A stretch of DNA of 63,659 bases, the filler included, from Lama guanicoe (Eukaryota): assembly GCA_013239625.1 (NCBI GenBank). It is 174 parts of 174 records of this genome, joined end to end, with 100 filler letters (N's around TTAATTAATTAA, not from the genome) between each part and the next. Parts side by side here need not be neighbours in the genome. Positions count along the whole stretch, not along the records: positions 56,787 to 57,053 come from PNXV01051007.1; positions 57,154 to 57,420 come from PNXV01051008.1; positions 57,521 to 57,787 come from PNXV01051009.1; positions 57,888 to 58,154 come from PNXV01051010.1; positions 58,255 to 58,521 come from PNXV01051011.1; positions 58,622 to 58,888 come from PNXV01051012.1; positions 58,989 to 59,255 come from PNXV01051013.1; positions 59,356 to 59,622 come from PNXV01051014.1; 166 more parts are not named here. One strand, given 5' to 3'. The notes under the pieces were generated by a model. That model was not told where the DNA came from and ran no database searches. It worked only from the letters and a program-made list of their open reading frames with translations. Positions 57,041-63,659 of the stretch are shown here, in pieces (within the stretch, counting starts at the first letter, position 1; each line of letters begins with the position of its first letter). The translations under genes were made by a program, and so were the position numbers.

Positions 57041-58254
57041 TTTTTTTTTTTTTNNNNNNNNNNNNNNNNNNNNNNNNNNNNNNNNNNNNNNNNNNNNTTA
57101 ATTAATTAANNNNNNNNNNNNNNNNNNNNNNNNNNNNNNNNNNNNNNNNNNNNTGTAGTGGTTGTAATTTTGTTGTTTTATGTTTTGAAACTTTAAGAAT
57201 TAGAATTCACAGGATTTGACATCACAAGATTTCATTAAGTTTTTGAGCTGTTATGAATATTAAAAGTTATAATTAGGGATCTAAATTTGCATGTATTAAG
57301 TGATTAATTTTGAAATCATGTTACATACAATAACATTTGTTTAGGTCAATCGATATGTTTGATCAAATTTAAGAAGCTTGAGATACACATTTATTTTAAC
57401 TATTAGAAAGAAAAAATGCTNNNNNNNNNNNNNNNNNNNNNNNNNNNNNNNNNNNNNNNNNNNNTTAATTAATTAANNNNNNNNNNNNNNNNNNNNNNNN
57501 NNNNNNNNNNNNNNNNNNNNCCCCTTTTTCCAGGAAATTTCATTTCTGTAACCCTTCAGAGCCCTGGTCCAATCTATACTAGTTTCTTTGGGCGTTCTTC
57601 ACCCTCTTCGTCTTGAAACATCTTCCGCTTGTTGCTTTTCTGTGATGACTTCATTAATTACTGCATCCCAAGTTTTCCCCTTTGTGGGTTTACTCCCTAG
57701 TTTTGTTAAAATATGTCCTCAAGTAACTTCTTAAGAAAGGTTACATAGGAGAAAAACTTTAAGTCTCTGCATGTCTGGAAATTTCTTNNNNNNNNNNNNN
57801 NNNNNNNNNNNNNNNNNNNNNNNNNNNNNNNTTAATTAATTAANNNNNNNNNNNNNNNNNNNNNNNNNNNNNNNNNNNNNNNNNNNNCATTGCCCCCTGG
57901 GCTTTAAGAAGCTGGACACAGACTGAGCCTTATAGGGTAGGAAAGACATCCCCAAGGGTGGTCTCCAGGTCAGCTCACCTGCTCATCTGTAAACATAAAC
58001 TAGGGGGCAGGGCATGCATGACAGATGGGCAACATGTGTCCCCGCCCGGTACATGCCTGGCACCCAGCAGGTGCTCAGTATTTGCTGAGGGAACATCAGA
58101 TCTTCGGACCCACTGTCTATGGTGAAGACAGACATCAAACAAGCAATTAATGGCNNNNNNNNNNNNNNNNNNNNNNNNNNNNNNNNNNNNNNNNNNNNTT
58201 AATTAATTAANNNNNNNNNNNNNNNNNNNNNNNNNNNNNNNNNNNNNNNNNNNN

Positions 58255-58521
58255 CCGCTGAAAGTATTCAAACTGGCCAGCCCTACACCTGCTTCCCCTT
58301 TCCGTCTCATGGAAACCACAATACAGATACTTGCCCCCATTTTCCCTCGCTCCCTCTATCTCCTGACTGACCATGGTGAGTCCTCCGTATGCCCCTTCCA
58401 CCTCACATGGCATAATGTGTCCCCTCTTCTAGGGAACTGTGTGTAATAAACTATCTTTTCAGTGGAAACTGCTTCCTGATCTTTTGGCCTCAACATCCCT
58501 GAATAATAATAAAACCTACAT
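58255..58521 (+). mobile_element. ERVL-type LTR 3' half (MER74/MER73-like)
   Basis: tggaaaccacaatacagatacttgcccccattttccctcgctccctct...ctgactgaccatggtg...gtaataaact. Confidence 0.6.
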
Positions 58522-58717
58522 NNNNNNNNNNNNNNNNNNNNNNNNNNNNNNNNNNNNNNNNNNNNTTAATTAATTAANNNNNNNNNNNNNNNNNNNNNNN
58601 NNNNNNNNNNNNNNNNNNNNNACACTCTGTCTATGGAATGTGTCTCTCTCTAAATAAACTTGGTTTCACTATACAAAAAAAACCCCACAGTGTTAATATT
58701 AAAATGTCATCAGCAAC

Positions 58718-58775
58718 ACTTTACTGTACACCTGAAACTAACCCATTGCAAATGAACTATACTTCAATGAAAAGA
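58718..58775 (+). mobile_element. LINE-1 3' terminus
   Basis: ctgtacacctgaaactaacccattgcaaatgaactatacttcaat. Confidence 0.8.
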
Positions 58776-59479
58776 AATCTCATTCAGCAATATTACTTAC
58801 TAATTCTAATAATTGAACCACAGGTTCTGGGGATTCTCTGAACATATATTTATAATGTATGAAAACATTGAATGTTTTATTTCATTCCNNNNNNNNNNNN
58901 NNNNNNNNNNNNNNNNNNNNNNNNNNNNNNNNTTAATTAATTAANNNNNNNNNNNNNNNNNNNNNNNNNNNNNNNNNNNNNNNNNNNNTTGCGGGTGCTG
59001 GGCTGTGTGAATGGAGTCTCACCGACTGGGCTGTTTTCACTCAGCTGCAATCACCTGTTAGGTCACAGATCCGTCCTGCCGGGAGTTTAAGTGTGCGTGA
59101 ATGTGATGGGGAGCTAGCAGGCTTTGCATGGATCTGGACAGCAGGGGGTCGTTGTGCTATCTGTGGCCTCTGAGGAGGAGAGTCCTCGAAGTCGTTGTCC
59201 ACACAGGTGTGGCAAAAGGCATTTCTGTCGTGGTGGCAGGGCTGGGACAAGGAAANNNNNNNNNNNNNNNNNNNNNNNNNNNNNNNNNNNNNNNNNNNNT
59301 TAATTAATTAANNNNNNNNNNNNNNNNNNNNNNNNNNNNNNNNNNNNNNNNNNNNAAGGAGGGTTTGGGGCACCACAATGGGAGGACAGAGCAAGGTCAA
59401 AGGGACCCAAGGGAACGGCAATAATTCCATACTGCTGAAGGGAAATGTGAGGATGAGATGGAGCGGTGAGGGATGATGC

Positions 59480-59622
59480 TGGAGAGGAAGGAGGGGGCTA
59501 GATCAAGACTCTGAAGCCATATTGAATTTAGATTTTGTCCTAAAGCAGTAGGGAGCTCTTAGGCAAAGGAGTGACATGATCAGACTGGCATTTCAGAGGA
59601 CTCACGCTGGCTGAGGGTGGAC
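59480..59622 (-). mobile_element. LINE-2 fragment
   Basis: tttagattttgtcctaaagcagtagggagc...ggagtgacatgatcagactggcatttcagaggactcacgctggctg. Confidence 0.75.
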
Positions 59623-60239
59623 NNNNNNNNNNNNNNNNNNNNNNNNNNNNNNNNNNNNNNNNNNNNTTAATTAATTAANNNNNNNNNNNNNNNNNNNNNN
59701 NNNNNNNNNNNNNNNNNNNNNNGGTTCTAGCTGAGTTTCTGAAGATGTGGATTTAAACACACACATCCCAGGCCCTACAGGAGCACACAGTCCCATAAAT
59801 CCCTGCAACTTCCACTGGTAACTACGGAGCTGATGGGGACACGGGTTTTGGGGCTGCAGGGGCCTGACTGCATGACTTGCTTCGTGGCCTATTTACATGG
59901 TTGTTCTGGGCCTTGTCTGAAGTGGCTTGCTTACCATACTTGGTACATGGGAAATATAAAATAAGTACTAGAACCTCCACTTTTTCTCCNNNNNNNNNNN
60001 NNNNNNNNNNNNNNNNNNNNNNNNNNNNNNNNNTTAATTAATTAANNNNNNNNNNNNNNNNNNNNNNNNNNNNNNNNNNNNNNNNNNNNTAGAGAGTTCA
60101 CTATTATAAATAAAATATAGTTTTCTTTTAAAAAAAAAACTGAGCATTCCTGGCATCTGTATTACGTTTTCATACGCAGGGTCTCATTTAACCTCACCAG
60201 CTTGAGTTAGAGGAGGAAGAGTTTTACAATAAAAATCTG

Positions 60240-60356
60240 AACTTGGAGAAAACAAACTTATGGTTACCAGAGGGGAAAAGGAGTGGGGAAGGATAAATTT
60301 GGAAGCTCAGGATTTGCAGATATTAACTACTACATGTAAGACAGACAAACAACAAG
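60240..60356 (+). mobile_element. LINE-1 3' UTR (cetartiodactyl-type)
   Basis: gaaaacaaacttatggttaccagaggggaaaagg...gatttgcagatattaactact...acaacaag. Confidence 0.88.
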
Positions 60357-61190
60357 NNNNNNNNNNNNNNNNNNNNNNNNNNNNNNNNNNNNNNNNNNNN
60401 TTAATTAATTAANNNNNNNNNNNNNNNNNNNNNNNNNNNNNNNNNNNNNNNNNNNNTATACTGTTTAAAATTTCCATACATGCACATTATCCAGAAATAT
60501 CAAAGAATATACTAGGGGAAAAAGGGTAAGGCATTAAAGAGATTTGACTAATATACATCATTTTCAGACTTTAACAATATATAACATTTTTAAAAGACTG
60601 TCTGTGTTACTTCAACACAAAATTTTTATGTTGAGAAACCAAACAAAAAATTGGAAGTTTCTTGTATTGGGGCTACAACAGGTAGTAAGACAAAGTTCAT
60701 GCCTCAGTGAGTTTCTATTGAAANNNNNNNNNNNNNNNNNNNNNNNNNNNNNNNNNNNNNNNNNNNNTTAATTAATTAANNNNNNNNNNNNNNNNNNNNN
60801 NNNNNNNNNNNNNNNNNNNNNNNAAAAAGTGTTTACAGGCATGGACAAACTGTATCCATGAAGTATTAGACAGGGTCTTAGGAGTCGAAAACATGCAAGT
60901 GTACTTTTTTCCCTTTCTGCTGCTTCTCCCCCAACTCTCAACCCCATCATTTTCTCTAACTTTACTATTTTCTTTTACCTTTTCATTTTTCATCTCTTTA
61001 GAGTTCTTGGATAATCATATGGCTAAAACCTGGATAAAGAATCCATAAACTTTATGGATGATTGACCTTTCCAAAAAGAAATAAAAAAAANNNNNNNNNN
61101 NNNNNNNNNNNNNNNNNNNNNNNNNNNNNNNNNNTTAATTAATTAANNNNNNNNNNNNNNNNNNNNNNNNNNNNNNNNNNNNNNNNNNNN

Positions 61191-61457
61191 TTAGCTATTC
61201 ATTTATTTTCATCAGTGAAGTGTCCATTCAAATCTTCTGCCTTTATGTGTGCGTATTCATTTTTATTTATTTAACATTTTTATTGAGGCATAATTTAGAA
61301 ACCATTATACTCACCCATTATAACCACGCATACAATTTAATAATTATTTTGAAAATGTGTAGAACTGTACAGCCATCATCACAACCCAATTTTGGAACAT
61401 TTTATAACCCCCCTGCCAAAGTTTTCAGGTCTGTTAATCCATGCTCCCACACCCAGG
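61191..61457 (-). mobile_element. LINE-1 fragments (ORF2 end and an L1MB-like 3' end), antisense
   Basis: gtgaagtgtccattcaaatcttctgcc; tttttattgaggcataattta...ccatcatcacaacccaattttggaacatttt. Confidence 0.75.
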
Positions 61458-62379
61458 NNNNNNNNNNNNNNNNNNNNNNNNNNNNNNNNNNNNNNNNNNN
61501 NTTAATTAATTAANNNNNNNNNNNNNNNNNNNNNNNNNNNNNNNNNNNNNNNNNNNNCTGTGCATTTATTTCACAGTCAACTTACATTAGAAGGAAGACC
61601 CTGGACGGTAACTACGTCTGCTACTGTGTGCAAAACCCCCAGGGCCTTGAAGCCAGTCTTGCAGCTTCCACCCATGCTCAGCCTGCTGCCAGCCACTGGA
61701 CAGCTTGGCATGGTGACCCCCTTCCCCTACGGTCACACCTATAGGTGGCAGGGCCCTTGGAGCGCATGCCTTCAACTGCTTCTTGCCAAGCACACGTCAA
61801 AAGAAGGGACCAAAAAAATCAAAGNNNNNNNNNNNNNNNNNNNNNNNNNNNNNNNNNNNNNNNNNNNNTTAATTAATTAANNNNNNNNNNNNNNNNNNNN
61901 NNNNNNNNNNNNNNNNNNNNNNNNTAATCCTTGAGCTACATTAGCTGTACATTCTCTGTGATTTTTAAATTTGAGGCACATCAATAGTCAAGGAGAATAT
62001 CTCAGTATTTAATCGGTAAAGATAATTTTTTCCTGCCAGATTGACACTAACACTAAAATTGACCTCTTTTAAGAGTGGAGGAATCTCCTTCTTCTATCAG
62101 TCACCTTCTTACTAGGCTAAAGCACTTGTATTCCATGCATTCATTTATTTATCAGTTTATAAATAAAACATTTATAACACGACTTCTATATNNNNNNNNN
62201 NNNNNNNNNNNNNNNNNNNNNNNNNNNNNNNNNNNTTAATTAATTAANNNNNNNNNNNNNNNNNNNNNNNNNNNNNNNNNNNNNNNNNNNNTGATTTGCT
62301 AGAGTCAGGTTACTGTATTTGGAATAGCAGTGGTAACTGGAGACATCACCTCATTAAGATATAGATCAATTTTATAGAC

Positions 62380-62558
62380 ATGTTTTTAAATAAAATTTTG
62401 TTTTAGAATAGTTTTGAATTTACAGAAAAATTGGACAAATAGTAGAGTGAGCTCCCATTTACCCAACACACACCTCCCCCTATTATTAACCTCTTATGCT
62501 ATTATGGTCATTTGTCACAATTAATGAACCAATATTTATACATATTATTAACCAATAT
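62380..62558 (-). mobile_element. LINE-1 3' end (L1MC/MB-like), antisense
   Basis: ttttagaatagttttgaatttacagaaaaatt...cccctattattaac...tttgtcacaattaatgaaccaatatt. Confidence 0.85.
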
Positions 62559-62658
62559 NNNNNNNNNNNNNNNNNNNNNNNNNNNNNNNNNNNNNNNNNN
62601 NNTTAATTAATTAANNNNNNNNNNNNNNNNNNNNNNNNNNNNNNNNNNNNNNNNNNNN

Positions 62659-62925
62659 AATCTTATTTTGGCAGTTACTGCTATATATTTATGAGGTAGG
62701 ATATATATAAATTTCAACTGGTCTAATAGCTCACTTCCTGTAGCATTAGATGGTTGAGCTGAGGACACACACACAGTCCGGGACTACACTTCACAGTGTG
62801 TGAGGCACCAGGGTGTGGCACATGACAAAGGTTCTTGTCAGTGGGACAGGACCAGGATGGCTATGACCACTGTTTGTGGGCTAGGTCATTTATAAAGGAA
62901 TAGATATGCTTGCCTTGGCTTCTTT
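62659..62925 (+). repeat. Near-duplicate contig, copy 2 (partner at 20128-20393)
   Basis: First 49 and last 49 bases are identical to 20128-20393. Confidence 0.95.
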
Positions 62926-63025
62926 NNNNNNNNNNNNNNNNNNNNNNNNNNNNNNNNNNNNNNNNNNNNTTAATTAATTAANNNNNNNNNNNNNNNNNNN
63001 NNNNNNNNNNNNNNNNNNNNNNNNN

Positions 63026-63292
63026 AAAAAAAATTACAGGCCAATATCTCTGATGAGTGATGCAAAAATCCTCAACAAAATATTAGCAAACCAAATTCAA
63101 TAAAATACATAAAAATGATCATACACTATGATCAAGTGGGATCTATTACAGGGATGAAAGCATGGTTCAGTAGCCTCAAACCAATCAATGTAATATACCA
63201 CATTAACAAATGAAGGATAAAAATCATATGATTACTTCAGTGGACACAGAAAAAGCATTTGACAAAATCCAATATCCATTCATGATAAAAAA
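63026..63292 (+). mobile_element. LINE-1 ORF2 RT N-terminal fragment, disrupted
   Basis: NYRPISLM / DAKILNKILANQIQ / IHYDQVG / DTEKAFDKIQYPFMIK, with stops and frameshifts. Confidence 0.96.
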
Positions 63293-63659
63293 NNNNNNNN
63301 NNNNNNNNNNNNNNNNNNNNNNNNNNNNNNNNNNNNTTAATTAATTAANNNNNNNNNNNNNNNNNNNNNNNNNNNNNNNNNNNNNNNNNNNNGCCTGTGA
63401 GGTGTGGGGAGCAGGAGATGACGGACGTGCCATCTGCCTCTCCCCCTCAGATGGGGTAAATGATCTGTGTCTCTCCTGCCATCCTTCACTGGCAACAGGA
63501 AACAGGCAAACCCACCCCTTCTTCACTTTCATTTCTTTCTGTGCAAATCAGCCCACTTAGGCTTGATGCAGCAAAAGTGACTGTCCATGTGAAATTAAAC
63601 ACGGTTTCAACAAAAATAGGATTTTGTGTAAAAGGAAAGAATATTTTATGTTAAAAAGT

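Larger units (their letters stand above)
267..63392. other. 173 artificial contig-joining spacers N44-TTAATTAATTAA-N44 (100 bp each; first at 267-366)
   Basis: Identical spacer every 365-367 bp; the palindromic 12-mer gives TAA in all six frames; flanking contigs are unrelated in composition and content. Confidence 0.99.

Noticed and set aside
267..63392. CRISPR-like pattern of a constant palindromic repeat with equal-length unique spacers
   Set aside because: The repeat is an N-padded synthetic linker, the inserts are 266-bp mammalian contigs, and no cas-like ORFs are present.
685..63532. ORF-track entries containing X runs and ending in LIN or N
   Set aside because: They read through Ns into the linker stop; lengths and C-termini are artificial.
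1..63659. A novel multi-component system (RT, endonuclease, gag, ubiquitin-like protein and repeats together)
   Set aside because: Each piece sits on a separate unplaced contig; co-occurrence reflects sorting by length only.

Overview
This window is not a contiguous locus. It is 174 unrelated short contigs (265-267 bp, roughly sorted by length) joined by an artificial 100-bp spacer, N44-TTAATTAATTAA-N44, which puts stops in all six frames. The DNA is mammalian and very probably camelid, judged from several copies of a tRNA-derived Vic-1-type SINE. Most recognisable content is fragmentary interspersed repeats (LINE-1, L2, MIR, MaLR/ERVL/ERV1 LTRs, an ERV gag remnant, MER5/MER58/MER63/Tigger) plus two satellite families. 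One protein-coding exon is confidently identified: the ubiquitin-like-domain exon of sacsin (SACS, 12466-12616, minus strand). It has an in-frame, Kozak-context upstream micro-exon that could give an alternative N-terminus. A few other contigs hold unassigned candidate exons or regulatory motifs. Two contigs are arms of one assembly bubble with exactly 49 identical bases at each end. Adjacency here is artificial, so no multi-gene or novel biological system can be supported. Most ORF-track entries are artefacts of N runs or chance. Repeat and gene names were recognised by eye from remembered consensus sequences; no searches were run.
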